Shown: positions 38,601-47,466 of the stretch, one piece after another
Layout of the letters: each line of letters begins with the position of its first letter
Numbering within the stretch: the stretch's first letter is position 1
Source: Planctomycetota bacterium
GTDB taxonomy: Bacteria > Planctomycetota > UBA1135 > UBA2386
DNA length: 64,000 bases
Assembly (NCBI GenBank): GCA_965228735.1
Contig: OZ245838.1
Location: 2,176,001-2,240,000 of the forward strand
Direction: 5' to 3'
Notes under the pieces: generated by a model
The model's database searches: none
The model's input: the letters and a program-made list of their open reading frames with translations, nothing else
What the model was told of the DNA's origin: nothing
Translations under genes and position numbers: made by a program

Positions 38601-40655
38601 TGGCACGACCGGACGGTCGCCGGCTCCGAGCCGCTGCGGACCGCGTTGCGCATCGAGCTGGCGGCGCCCTGGCGCACCGCCGAGGAGCTCGACGAGACCG
38701 CGCCGCTCGAGCTGCGCATCCGCGGCGGCGCGGCCCCGATCGTCTCGGAGATCGCGCTCGACCTGCTGCTCGAACCGTTCGCCCTGGCGCCCGTGTTCGA
38801 CGCCAAACTCACGATCGACGGGATCGACACGACGGCGATCGAGCAGATCGCGCCGGCGATGCGCGAGACGCTGACCGGCACGGAGACCGGGGCGCGGCTG
38901 ACGCTGCACACGCACGCCGAGATCGACCTGGCGCGCACCGACCCGACGCAGTTCGACCTGTCGCGGCCGTTCGGCGGCGCGGTCCTGGTCGAGGACCTCG
39001 AGTTCACCGCGACGGACGGCGAGCCGCTGATCCGGGTGCCCGCGCTCGACGTGACGCTGCGCGCATTCGACCCGCGCACGGGTGACGTGCTGCTGCGCAG
39101 CGTCGACCTCGACGCGCCGCACGTCGTCGTGCATCAGGGCAAGGACGGCCTGCAGGTTGCCGGTGTCACGCTGCGCCCTTCCCCGGCCGCCCCCGCCGGC
39201 GGCGAACCCGCGGCCGAGGCCCCCACACCGCGCACGGCTGCGGAGCTCGACGCCGAACGGCGCCGCGGCCCCGCGCCGGAGTTCGCCGTCGACGACTTCA
39301 GCCTGTTCGGCCTGAGCGTGCGCTTCACGGACGACACGACGGACCCGCCGACGCTCGTCCCGATCGACGAGCTCGACGTCTCCCTGCGGCGCTTCTCGAC
39401 GCGGACGCTGACCGAGTCACGGCAGTTCGCGTTCGACGTGACGCTGCGCGGCGGCGACGTGCCGCTCGAGAAGCGCGTCGCCGCGAGCTCGGTGCTGTCG
39501 GGCATCGTCGGTTCGACCGCCGATCTCGTCACGTTCCGGAACGACGAACACGCGATCGAGCAACGCTCGTTCGTCGACGAGATCCTCATCGACGGTTACC
39601 TGCAGCTCCACCCGATGCCGCTCGGCCACGTGACGACCGTCGTGCACGGCTTCGAGCTGCAGACGCTGCGCGGCCTCGCCAAGCCTTCGGGCGTCGACAT
39701 CGCCGACGGCCTCTTCGACGCCAGGATCGACGCGGAGCTCACCCAGCGCGGCACGCGCATCGAGAGCCAGAAGACATTCACGTTCTTGCAGGTCTCGGAA
39801 CCGCCGGGCGGACCGATCTCGACCTACCTCAAGCTGCCGGCCCCGCTCGATGTCGTGCTGTTCATCCTGCGCAACGACAACGGCGAGCAGCGGCTGCCGA
39901 TGCAGCTCGAGGTGCCGCGCACGGGCGACCTCTTCGGTGGCATCGCGACCGCCGCGGTCGAGACGCTGACGCTGCTCATCGGCGACGCGATCGGCAGCTC
40001 GCCGTATCGCGCGGCCCGCACGCTGACGGACATCTTCGGCATCACGGGGCAGGACGCGATCGACGCGACGCCGGCGGCGCTCGAGTTCGCGCCCGGCAGC
40101 GCGACCACCGTGTTCGAGCCGCTCGCGAAGTTGCTCACGGCATACGGCGACGACCCGACCGTCAGCTTCGTCATCACGCACGAGCTCGGCCAGCAGGACT
40201 ACGACCGGGTCGCAGAACTCAGCAACCCCGACCGCGCGCTCGCCGAGCAGAGCGTGGCCCGCCTGCAGCTCGAGCGGCAGAACCTGCGGGACGAACGGAC
40301 CCGCATCGCGCCCGAGGTCACGGCCCGCCTGCTCGCCGGCCAGGAGCCTGCGGCGCGCCGAAAGATCGAGCGCCTGCGGGAGATCGACGCGGAGCTCGCG
40401 GCCATCACCGCGGCGCTCGACGCCGCGGCGACGCTGTTCGACGGCTCGTCCGACCGGCACCAGAAGCGGCGCGCGCGACGGGCCGCGATCGAGCTCGGCG
40501 AGCTCCGCATCGCCACGGTCCGCGCCGAACTCGAGGCCCGTCTCGGCCCCGGCATCGGCGACCGCCTGCAGATCCGCCGGCCGCGCGGGGTCATCGCCGC
40601 CGACCGACCCGAGGGCGGTCGGGTGACCCTCGTTCCGCGCCGCGCGAACCACTGA
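35613..40655 (+). CDS. Large AsmA-like/DUF748 repeat protein with a C-terminal OmpA-like segment
   Basis: N-terminal basic stretch plus TM; repeated beta-groove motifs (IILDELDWRSATLALLD, IDELAV..LVWHD, VDDFSL..VRFTD); LRNDNGEQRLPM; LEFAPGSA...LGELRIATVR. Confidence 0.75.
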   Translation: MTAAPDSGPGPERRGGPQPPTPAEATPAEGAGDSTATNADQRKPRKRRRWRRLFAWLLAVTVIARIVLGIFLPDLVAYGVTFAGLAGRCANAELSLLGGSVRLQGLELHDPDDPEHGPRLTLLELGADVSTWQLLQGDIVIDDAVLRSAQLVLHRRADRSFVLPAAWTAPSPEPEPEPESEPEAGPMSTELPLRIATARIHDLRLRIVELDGRRAPIDVVLDLDIDDVGSRDVPGHLELRLAADGVADRVVIGAQFDTPGKDAEGGGGGIRVDSTILAHGLDLAPLVPAAEQLGVIDVELAAKIALLPDPAVPDGARLQTTLELHDSPAIARTLTADVGATFDAAGGMDCSAAIDATGIVLEPLAELLRASGVTFVEDGIDASARASARLPGADPEAATPAGMDLRVHDVRVGTGDDVITLTDLTVEQLRQTGDGLHIAAVRAVGPTASAAQRPDGSLAIAGIRFGAAATPTGAGTGVAPTSEPAGPVAEPAGPVAEPAADPAADPAAGPAATGAALPTIILDELDWRSATLALLDQRQPDAEPLTVEVQTLTGQGLACACDRDEGTANLHVRVPGIADALRVQLQVTPQAGGAHVEGDIELEDLTTTGLARWLAPLGIEPTFATAQLRTDLVADIGGAGENASASGRIANLRFTTGDDLLLGLKNLELDDLRLHHEGLKFASVSAAEPIVRIERSNAAMTVAGLRFGRPSAAPAHTTPPATPQPATPKPGAPAGPARPLVLDTGPITLERATVHLHDTGPNPRTSTIGVDLELGAIAGTGLAAFAQPVPFALTVHLDERVEALGLRGQLARTQDQLTVSGTLDGTGIRGTALTRLLPDGMRSPLANGRIGAELEVHIAPGMSALDVAVREFALHDGDEELAAIDRIEFVAPQLGSDTVHIEKAVVAGVRAKVEKSAAGLLVPGLLIADAAAPVDGEPAQPNAPSPNAPSPAEAAPTSTEPATVPPPISVPTTRAPGAGLPALRIDELAVALDELVWHDRTVAGSEPLRTALRIELAAPWRTAEELDETAPLELRIRGGAAPIVSEIALDLLLEPFALAPVFDAKLTIDGIDTTAIEQIAPAMRETLTGTETGARLTLHTHAEIDLARTDPTQFDLSRPFGGAVLVEDLEFTATDGEPLIRVPALDVTLRAFDPRTGDVLLRSVDLDAPHVVVHQGKDGLQVAGVTLRPSPAAPAGGEPAAEAPTPRTAAELDAERRRGPAPEFAVDDFSLFGLSVRFTDDTTDPPTLVPIDELDVSLRRFSTRTLTESRQFAFDVTLRGGDVPLEKRVAASSVLSGIVGSTADLVTFRNDEHAIEQRSFVDEILIDGYLQLHPMPLGHVTTVVHGFELQTLRGLAKPSGVDIADGLFDARIDAELTQRGTRIESQKTFTFLQVSEPPGGPISTYLKLPAPLDVVLFILRNDNGEQRLPMQLEVPRTGDLFGGIATAAVETLTLLIGDAIGSSPYRAARTLTDIFGITGQDAIDATPAALEFAPGSATTVFEPLAKLLTAYGDDPTVSFVITHELGQQDYDRVAELSNPDRALAEQSVARLQLERQNLRDERTRIAPEVTARLLAGQEPAARRKIERLREIDAELAAITAALDAAATLFDGSSDRHQKRRARRAAIELGELRIATVRAELEARLGPGIGDRLQIRRPRGVIAADRPEGGRVTLVPRRANH

Positions 40656-40890
40656 GCGGATCCTCGCAACCGGCCTTCCGGCTACAGGTTAGACGACTCC
40701 AGGTCCGATGACACCGAACCGCCGGCGCAACGGCCGCGGGCTCCGGGACGAACCTCGGCGCCGGGCGTCCCCGGCGCCCGGCGCGGAGACAACGTTAGTA
40801 CCGTCCCCGGGTGGTCGCCCGCGCCGGATTCCCGTTCAATACCGGCAGTTGCGGACCGCTCTGGCCTGCCACGCCCCGTCCGAGAACGAC

Positions 40891-42990
40891 ATGACCCGAT
40901 CCCGAACCAGCTTCCGTCTCACCGCGTCCGCGCTGATGGTCTGCTTCGCAGCCCCGCTCGCGGCGCAGACCAGCACCGTGAATCCGCAGGCACCGAAGCG
41001 CTCGGTCGACCGGGTGATCCCGGACGCCGAGATCGACCGGCACGCGCAGCGGATCGACCGGCTGCTCGAGGGGGGCCTGCGCCGCCACCAGCAGGAACCC
41101 AACGCGGTCGTCGACGACGCGACGTTCTTGCGCCGTTCCTACCTGACCATCGTCGGCCGGATCCCGACGCTGCAGGAGACCGAGGCGTTCCTCGCGGACC
41201 AGGCCCCGGACAAGCGCGCCCAGCTGACCGACGGCCTGCTCGACTCGGCCGGCCGAACGAGCCACTTCGCAAACTGGTGGTTCGACATCCTGCGCGTGCG
41301 GTCGCGCAGCCGCAGGCTCAGCGGCGAGCCGTTCGCGCACTACATCCGCGAGTCGATCCAGAGCGACAAGCCGTACGACGAGTTCGTGCGCGAGATGGTC
41401 ACGGCGACGGGCGCCGCGCACCAGCGGGGCAACGGCGCGACGGGTCTGCTGATGCGCGACATGAACATGCCGCACGACTCGATGGCCAACACGCTGCGCG
41501 TGTTCACCGGGACCCGCCTCGAGTGTGCGCAGTGTCACAACCACCCGCACGACATCTGGACGCAGCAGGATTTCTACGGCATGGCCGCGTTCTTCGGCGG
41601 CATCCGCTACCGCGACGACGAGCGGCTCATGCAGCTGCGCGGCGCGCGTGAGAAGCTGCGCGGCACGACGAGCGATCGCACGCGCAACATCGCGCGCCAG
41701 CTCACGCAGACCCTGCTCTACGGCGTGAGCGGCAACGGCTCGGGTCAGGAGAAGCTGCCGCGCGACTACGCCTACGACGACGCGCGCCCCGGCGAGGCGG
41801 TCGTCGCCAACACGATCTTCGGCGCCAACGTCCGGCTCAAGAAGCCGTCGCGCAGCGCCGAGCGGCGACTGCGCCAGCGTGCGAGGCGCCGCGGCGAGCG
41901 TTTCGATGGCGCGGTCGACTCGCGCGGCGCGTTCGGCGACTGGCTGACCGACGACAAGAACCCGATGTTCGCCAAGGTCATCGCCAACCGGATGTGGGCG
42001 CGCACGTTCGGCCGGGGCCTCGTCGAGCCGATCGACGACTGGAAGAAAGACACGAAGGCCGTCCACCCGAAACTCCTCGATCACCTCGAGGACCTCGTCG
42101 TGGATCTGAACTTCGATCTGCGCCAGTTCGAGCGCGTGCTCGTCCGGACGCAGCTGTTCCAGCGCGAGTGCCCGGATCACGATCCGGCGGCGGACCAGCC
42201 GTACACGTTCCCCGGCCCGGTCGTGCGCCGCATGACCGCCGAACAGATGTGGGACTCCCTGCTGACGCTGGTCTACGCCGACATCGACGAGCGCCTGCGC
42301 CCGATGGATGCCCGCGCCAAGCCGGTCTACGACTCGTTCGAGCAGCTCGCCGACGCGTCGATCGACGACATCCTCGAGATGGCCGAGAAGCGCATGAGCC
42401 CGGGCCGCATGATGCGGCAGGCGATGAACGACCGGCAGGCGCAGGCGAAGCAGGCCGCGGTCAACGACGCCAAGCTGCGCAAGCGCGCGCGGCCGCTGCT
42501 GCGTGAGCTCGCCATGGCCCGCCGCGAGGGCGACCAGGAGCGCGTGCGGGAGATCGCCGAGAAGCTCGAGACCATGGGCGTGCCGCTCGGGCGGCGCGCC
42601 GCGAAGGGCAACGAACGCGGCATGATCCGCGCGAGCGATCTCGAGCAGCCGGCCCCGCTGGGCCATCTGCTGCGGCAGTTCGGCCAGAGTGACCGTGAGA
42701 CGATCGAGGCGAGCAACGCCGACGCGACGGTGCCGCAGGTGCTGACGCTGTTGAACGGCTTCCTCGACGACAAGGTGATCCGCGGCCAATCGGCGCTGGC
42801 GAGCAACCTGCTCACGGCCGTCGACGGGCGGCGGCGCGTCGAGGTCGCGTTCCTCACGACCCTGAACCGCAAGCCGACCGACGAGGAGACCCGCGCCTGG
42901 CGGCGCACGATCGCCATCCACGGCAAGGACGCGATCAGCGACCTGGTCTGGGTGCTCTGCAACACCAACGAGTTCCGCTTCGTGCGCTGA
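40891..42990 (+). CDS. DUF1549 (PSCyt2)/DUF1553 (PSD1) planctomycete protein
   Basis: Signal peptide; DDATFLRR.YL...GRIPT, DKPYDEFVRE, CAQCHNHP, NRMWARTFGRGLVEP.DD, HPKLLD.L, RRMTAEQMWDS, W.LCNTNEF. Confidence 0.9.
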   Translation: MTRSRTSFRLTASALMVCFAAPLAAQTSTVNPQAPKRSVDRVIPDAEIDRHAQRIDRLLEGGLRRHQQEPNAVVDDATFLRRSYLTIVGRIPTLQETEAFLADQAPDKRAQLTDGLLDSAGRTSHFANWWFDILRVRSRSRRLSGEPFAHYIRESIQSDKPYDEFVREMVTATGAAHQRGNGATGLLMRDMNMPHDSMANTLRVFTGTRLECAQCHNHPHDIWTQQDFYGMAAFFGGIRYRDDERLMQLRGAREKLRGTTSDRTRNIARQLTQTLLYGVSGNGSGQEKLPRDYAYDDARPGEAVVANTIFGANVRLKKPSRSAERRLRQRARRRGERFDGAVDSRGAFGDWLTDDKNPMFAKVIANRMWARTFGRGLVEPIDDWKKDTKAVHPKLLDHLEDLVVDLNFDLRQFERVLVRTQLFQRECPDHDPAADQPYTFPGPVVRRMTAEQMWDSLLTLVYADIDERLRPMDARAKPVYDSFEQLADASIDDILEMAEKRMSPGRMMRQAMNDRQAQAKQAAVNDAKLRKRARPLLRELAMARREGDQERVREIAEKLETMGVPLGRRAAKGNERGMIRASDLEQPAPLGHLLRQFGQSDRETIEASNADATVPQVLTLLNGFLDDKVIRGQSALASNLLTAVDGRRRVEVAFLTTLNRKPTDEETRAWRRTIAIHGKDAISDLVWVLCNTNEFRFVR

Positions 42991-43009
42991 CAATCGGAGA
43001 CGACCAACG

Positions 43010-44383
43010 ATGACCATTCGCAACCTGATCTCCGGCGCCGACCTCGCCACCCGCCGCCGCTTCCTCGGCAACCTCGCCACGAGCACGCTCGGCGTCTCGA
43101 CCGCCGCCGCGTTCGGCAACAACGCGATCGCGCAGACGCTCGGCGGCCACAACTCCGGCCTCGCGGCGTTCCTCGGCGGCCAGGATCCGCAAGGACAGGA
43201 CCCTCAGGGTATGGGCACGGTCGCGCTCGAACGCGCCACCGCCAAGCACGTGATCTTCCTGTTCATGCGCGGCGGGATGAGCCACATCGACACGTTCGAT
43301 CCCAAGCCCGGCACCGAGACCGGCGGCGACACCGAGGCGATCGATACGCCGGCCGACGGCCTGCAACTCGGCCACCGCCTGCCCAACCTCGCGCGGCAGG
43401 GCGACAAGCTCTGCGTCATCAATTCGATGACGAGCAAGCAGGGCGCGCACGAGCAGGCGCAGTACGTGATGCGGACGAGCTACGAGATGCGCGGCACGAT
43501 CCAGCACGCGAGCCTCGGGGCGTGGCACCACCGCGTGGCGGGCCGGCTCAACGGCACGCTGCCGGGCCACGTGATCATCGGCGGCGGCGCCGACCTGCCG
43601 AGCGCGGGCTACTTCCCGCCGCAGTACCAGGCGCTGCCGATCGGCAGCGCGGACGCCGGCCTGCAGAACGCGACGCTGCCGCGCGGTGTCGACGAGGATC
43701 GCTTCCAGCGCCGCATGAAGAAGCTCGCTGAGCTCAACGAGGCGTTCGCCGCCCGCAACAAGCACCGCGGTGTGAAGGCCTACAGTGACTCGTACGAGGA
43801 CGCCGTTCGGTTGATGAACAGCAGCGACCTCAACGCGTTCGACATCGGCCAGGAGGCCGGCTCGATCCGCGGCGCCTACGGCAACTCCAACTTCGGCAAG
43901 GGCTGCCTGCTCGCGCGCCGGCTCGTCGAGCAGGGCGTGCGCTTCGTCGAGGTCATGGCCGGCGGCTGGGACACCCACGCCGACAACTTCGACCGCCTCG
44001 ACGACCTCTGCCCGCCCGTCGATCAGGCCGTCGGCGCGCTGATCGCGGACCTCTTCGCGCGCGGCCTCCTCGAGGACACCCTCGTCGTGCTCGCGACCGA
44101 GTTCGGCCGCACGCCGGACATCGATCCGGACCAGGGCCGCAACCACTATCCGAAGGCATTCAGCGCGATGCTGGCCGGCGGCGGCGTGCGCGGCGGCAGG
44201 CGCTACGGCAAGACCGACAAGGAAGGTCGCGAGGTCGTCGACGATCCGGTATCCATCCAGGACTTCAACGCCACGATCGCCTACGCCGCGGGCATCCCGC
44301 TGGATCACGTCGTCACGTCGGCGTCGGGCCGCCCGTTCAAGGTCGCCGACAAGGGCTCGGCGGTGACCGAGATCTTCGGCTGA
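43010..44383 (+). CDS. DUF1501 family protein (Tat-exported)
   Basis: TRRRFLG twin-arginine signal, GGMSHIDTFDPKP, GCLLARRLVEQGVRFVEV, GWDTH, EFGRTP, GRNHYP. Confidence 0.92.
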   Translation: MTIRNLISGADLATRRRFLGNLATSTLGVSTAAAFGNNAIAQTLGGHNSGLAAFLGGQDPQGQDPQGMGTVALERATAKHVIFLFMRGGMSHIDTFDPKPGTETGGDTEAIDTPADGLQLGHRLPNLARQGDKLCVINSMTSKQGAHEQAQYVMRTSYEMRGTIQHASLGAWHHRVAGRLNGTLPGHVIIGGGADLPSAGYFPPQYQALPIGSADAGLQNATLPRGVDEDRFQRRMKKLAELNEAFAARNKHRGVKAYSDSYEDAVRLMNSSDLNAFDIGQEAGSIRGAYGNSNFGKGCLLARRLVEQGVRFVEVMAGGWDTHADNFDRLDDLCPPVDQAVGALIADLFARGLLEDTLVVLATEFGRTPDIDPDQGRNHYPKAFSAMLAGGGVRGGRRYGKTDKEGREVVDDPVSIQDFNATIAYAAGIPLDHVVTSASGRPFKVADKGSAVTEIFG

Positions 44384-44456
44384 ACCGATCGTGCTAACAT
44401 CGACGGCAACAGCAGCGTCCGTCTGGCGCTGGAACGCCGCCCCTCGCATCCGAACC

Positions 44457-45590
44457 ATGAAACGATTCCTGCTCTTCGCCCCCCTCCTGCTCGCGCTGGC
44501 TGTGCCCGCGACCGCCCAGAAGAAGACCCCCAAGCCCACGGTCGACTTCGCGACCAAGATCTGGCCGATCCTCGAGAAGCGCTGCGTCGAGTGCCACCAG
44601 GCGCCCTACGTCGACAAGAACGGCCGCCGGAAGAAGCCCAAGGGTCGCGTCGAGCTCGACAGCATCGTCGGCATCCAGCGCAGCAAGCGCGGCAAGGTCG
44701 TGCGCGCGGGTGAAGGCGAGAAGTCGCTGCTCTGGGAGGTCATCACGCTGCCGGCCGAGGACGAGGACATCATGCCGCCGGCCAAGAAGGGGAAGCCCTT
44801 GAGCAAGAAGGAGACCGACCTCATCAAGAAGTGGATCGACGAGGGCGCGCACTTCGGCAAGTGGCAGGGCAAGGCCGACATCGAGGCCGAGAAGAAGGAG
44901 AAGGCCGAGGAGGCCGAAGAGAAGCAGAGCGGCAAGAGCGGCTCGGGCAAGTCCGATAAGGGCGGCTCGAGCAGCAAGTCCGGCAACGGCTCGTCGAGCA
45001 GTTCGAAGAAGAAGACGACGAAGAAGAAGGGCTCCTCGCCGCTCGTCCAACTCGCGAAGCGCCTGAAGCCGGTCGACCCCGAGGTCCTCGCGGGCTTCGC
45101 GGACGGGCCGTTCCGCGTCGCGAGCATCGACGTCGACAACCCGCTGCTGCAGGTCACGTCCTACGGCGAGACCGACCGCATCGACGACGCGGCCGTCGCC
45201 GCACTGCTGCCGATCGCGAGCCACATCGTGGAGCTCAACCTCGCGGCCACGCAGATCACCGACAAGGTCGGCCCGACGCTCGCGAAGATGACGAACCTCG
45301 TCACGCTCGACCTGCGTCAGACCGAGGTCAGCAACCACGCTGTCGCCGCGCTCGGCAAGTGCAGCGAACTGCGTCGTCTCAACCTCTACGGCACCGAGGT
45401 CGGCGACTACGGCGTGAACGCGCTCTCGAACCTGAAGAACCTCGAACGCCTCTACCTCTGGCAGACCGAGGTCTCGGCCAGCACGGTCGTGCGCCTGCGC
45501 GACTCGATCCCCGGCCTCGACGTCGTCGTCGCCGCGGACCTGCCGACGGCGTCGGCCGACGCCGGCAACCAGCCGCGCCGGCGCCGCTGA
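44457..45590 (+). CDS. Planctomycete cytochrome c domain + leucine-rich-repeat protein
   Basis: Signal peptide; VDF...IWPILEKRCVECH; MPP...LS......IKKWIDEGA; LRRs (LVTLDLRQTEVS, LRRLNLYGTEVG, LERLYLWQTEVS). Confidence 0.88.
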   Translation: MKRFLLFAPLLLALAVPATAQKKTPKPTVDFATKIWPILEKRCVECHQAPYVDKNGRRKKPKGRVELDSIVGIQRSKRGKVVRAGEGEKSLLWEVITLPAEDEDIMPPAKKGKPLSKKETDLIKKWIDEGAHFGKWQGKADIEAEKKEKAEEAEEKQSGKSGSGKSDKGGSSSKSGNGSSSSSKKKTTKKKGSSPLVQLAKRLKPVDPEVLAGFADGPFRVASIDVDNPLLQVTSYGETDRIDDAAVAALLPIASHIVELNLAATQITDKVGPTLAKMTNLVTLDLRQTEVSNHAVAALGKCSELRRLNLYGTEVGDYGVNALSNLKNLERLYLWQTEVSASTVVRLRDSIPGLDVVVAADLPTASADAGNQPRRRR

Positions 45591-45628
45591 GGGAAGACGG
45601 CCGCCGCAGGCTGCCCGTACACGCAACA

Positions 45629-45665
45629 GCATCAGTCATCCGGGTCCCATCCAGCTGACTGATGC
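45629..45665 (+). terminator. Possible terminator hairpin after the DUF1549/DUF1501/cyt c operon
   Basis: GCATCAGTCA / TGACTGATGC 10-bp stem; no U-tract. Confidence 0.35.
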
Positions 45666-45906
45666 CGTCACTCGGCTCGCCTGGCCATGCACTGCCCTGC
45701 GAACCGAAACCCGTCGAGCCTGCAACCGCCCGCCGGACAGGTGTGATGTCGTTCGGGAGCGCCGTCCATTACGACGTTTTCGAGAACTTCGAGCCGCAGC
45801 CCACACAGCCGCGCTGCGATCGGGCGAATCGGTGCGGAAGAAGTTCCGACGATGCAACCAGACCGGGCGCATCGCCCGACCGCGCCGACGCGATAGCCTC
45901 TTCGGG

Positions 45907-47448
45907 ATGTCCCTCGCCCGTGCGTTCCTCCTCATCACCCTGGCGCTGACCGGCGCGCTGCCCGTCGTGGCGCAGGACGCGCGCCCGAACGTCGTGCTCA
46001 TCTACGGCGACGACGTCGGCTACGGCGACCTCGGCTGCTACGGCGCGGAGAAGATCCCGACCCCGAACCTCGATCGCCTTGCGAAGGCGGGTTTGCGCTT
46101 CACGGACGGCCATTGTTCGGCCGCGACGTGCACGCCTTCGAGGTTCTCGTTGCTCACGGGCATTCACGGTTTTCGGCACCGCGTGCGCATCTTGCCGCCG
46201 AACGCGCCGCTCACGATCCAGCCCGACATGTACACCCTGCCACGGATGTTTCGGGACAGCGGCTACGCCACTGCGGTCGTCGGCAAATGGCACCTCGGGA
46301 TCGGCGACGGGCAGACGCCGGTCGACTGGAACGCCGACGTGAAGCCCGGGCCACTCGAGGTCGGGTTCGAGTACTCGTTCCTGCTGCCGTCGACGAACGA
46401 CCGGGTGCCGTGCGTCTACGTCGAGAACCACCGGGTCGTCGGGCTCGATCCGAGCGATCCGCTGTTCGTCGGGCGGCAGAAGCCCGCGGGGTTCACCGGC
46501 ACGGTGTATCCGGACGGCAAGACCAACCGCGCGGCGATGACCTACTATCCGAGCAGCCACGGGCACGACCATTCGGTGATCGGCGGCATCGGTCGCATCG
46601 GCTACCAATGGGGCGGCAAGGCCGCGCTGTGGAACGACGAGACGATGGCCGACGTCTTCGTCGACAAGGCGAAGGCCTGGCTCGGCGAGCAGAGCGCGGA
46701 GCGGCCGTTCTTCCTGTTCTTCTCGTCGCAGGACATCCACGTGCCGCGCGCGCCGCACCCGCGCTTTCGCGGCCGGTCCGAGCTGTCGTATCGCGGGGAC
46801 GCGATGGTGCAGCTCGACTGGGCCGCGGGCGAGCTGCTCGCGGCGCTCGACGAGCACGGCTTCGCCGAGAACACGATCGTGATCTTCACGAGCGACAACG
46901 GCCCGGTCTACGACGACGGCTACGAGGACGGCACGACGGTGCCGACGTCGACGCGGGAGGTGGACCGGGGACACGACGGCTCGGGGCCGTTCCGCGGCGG
47001 CAAGTACCAGATCTACGAAGGCGGCACGCGCGTGCCGTTCCTGCTGCGCTGGCCGGGTCGCGTCGAGCCCGGCGTTTCGGATGCGCTCGTGAGCCAGATC
47101 GACCTGCTCGCGTCGTTCGCGCAGTTGCTCGGCCACGAGCTGGGGGCCGAACAGGCGATCGACAGTCGCGCCACGCTCGGTGCGTTCCTCGGTGAGGACG
47201 CGACCGGACTGCCGTTCATGATCGAGGAAGCGCGGACGCTGGCGCTGCGGCAGGGCCACTGGAAGTTCATCCGCCCGCGGGGCAAGCGCGGCCAGGACCG
47301 CGGCGTCGGTGGTCAGCTGTTCGATCTGCAGTCGGACATCGGCGAGCAGAACGACGTGAGCGCCGAGCATCCGGAGCGCGCGGCGGCAATGCGCTCGCTG
47401 CTCGCCGAGCTCACCGCCGACGCGCGCGGGATCCGGCAGCGACGCTGA
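45907..47448 (+). CDS. Cys-type (formylglycine) arylsulfatase
   Basis: PNVVLIYGDDVGYGD, CTPSRFSLLTG, GYATAVVGKWHLG, FTSDNG, GGK..IYEGGTRVP. Confidence 0.95.
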   Translation: MSLARAFLLITLALTGALPVVAQDARPNVVLIYGDDVGYGDLGCYGAEKIPTPNLDRLAKAGLRFTDGHCSAATCTPSRFSLLTGIHGFRHRVRILPPNAPLTIQPDMYTLPRMFRDSGYATAVVGKWHLGIGDGQTPVDWNADVKPGPLEVGFEYSFLLPSTNDRVPCVYVENHRVVGLDPSDPLFVGRQKPAGFTGTVYPDGKTNRAAMTYYPSSHGHDHSVIGGIGRIGYQWGGKAALWNDETMADVFVDKAKAWLGEQSAERPFFLFFSSQDIHVPRAPHPRFRGRSELSYRGDAMVQLDWAAGELLAALDEHGFAENTIVIFTSDNGPVYDDGYEDGTTVPTSTREVDRGHDGSGPFRGGKYQIYEGGTRVPFLLRWPGRVEPGVSDALVSQIDLLASFAQLLGHELGAEQAIDSRATLGAFLGEDATGLPFMIEEARTLALRQGHWKFIRPRGKRGQDRGVGGQLFDLQSDIGEQNDVSAEHPERAAAMRSLLAELTADARGIRQRR

Positions 47449-47466
47449 GGCCGCTGCCGGCGTTGG

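Noticed and set aside
35331..39134. Long antisense or alternate-frame ORFs (1267 aa here; also 50409..53906, 12527..15523, 23127..25682, 40795..43152 and others)
   Set aside because: They are Arg/Ala/Pro-rich or mirror-type translations without motifs, overlapping well-supported genes. This is expected in stop-poor, high-GC DNA.
45591..45906. Small ORFs in the gap before the sulfatase
   Set aside because: No recognisable motifs or RBS; treated as intergenic.
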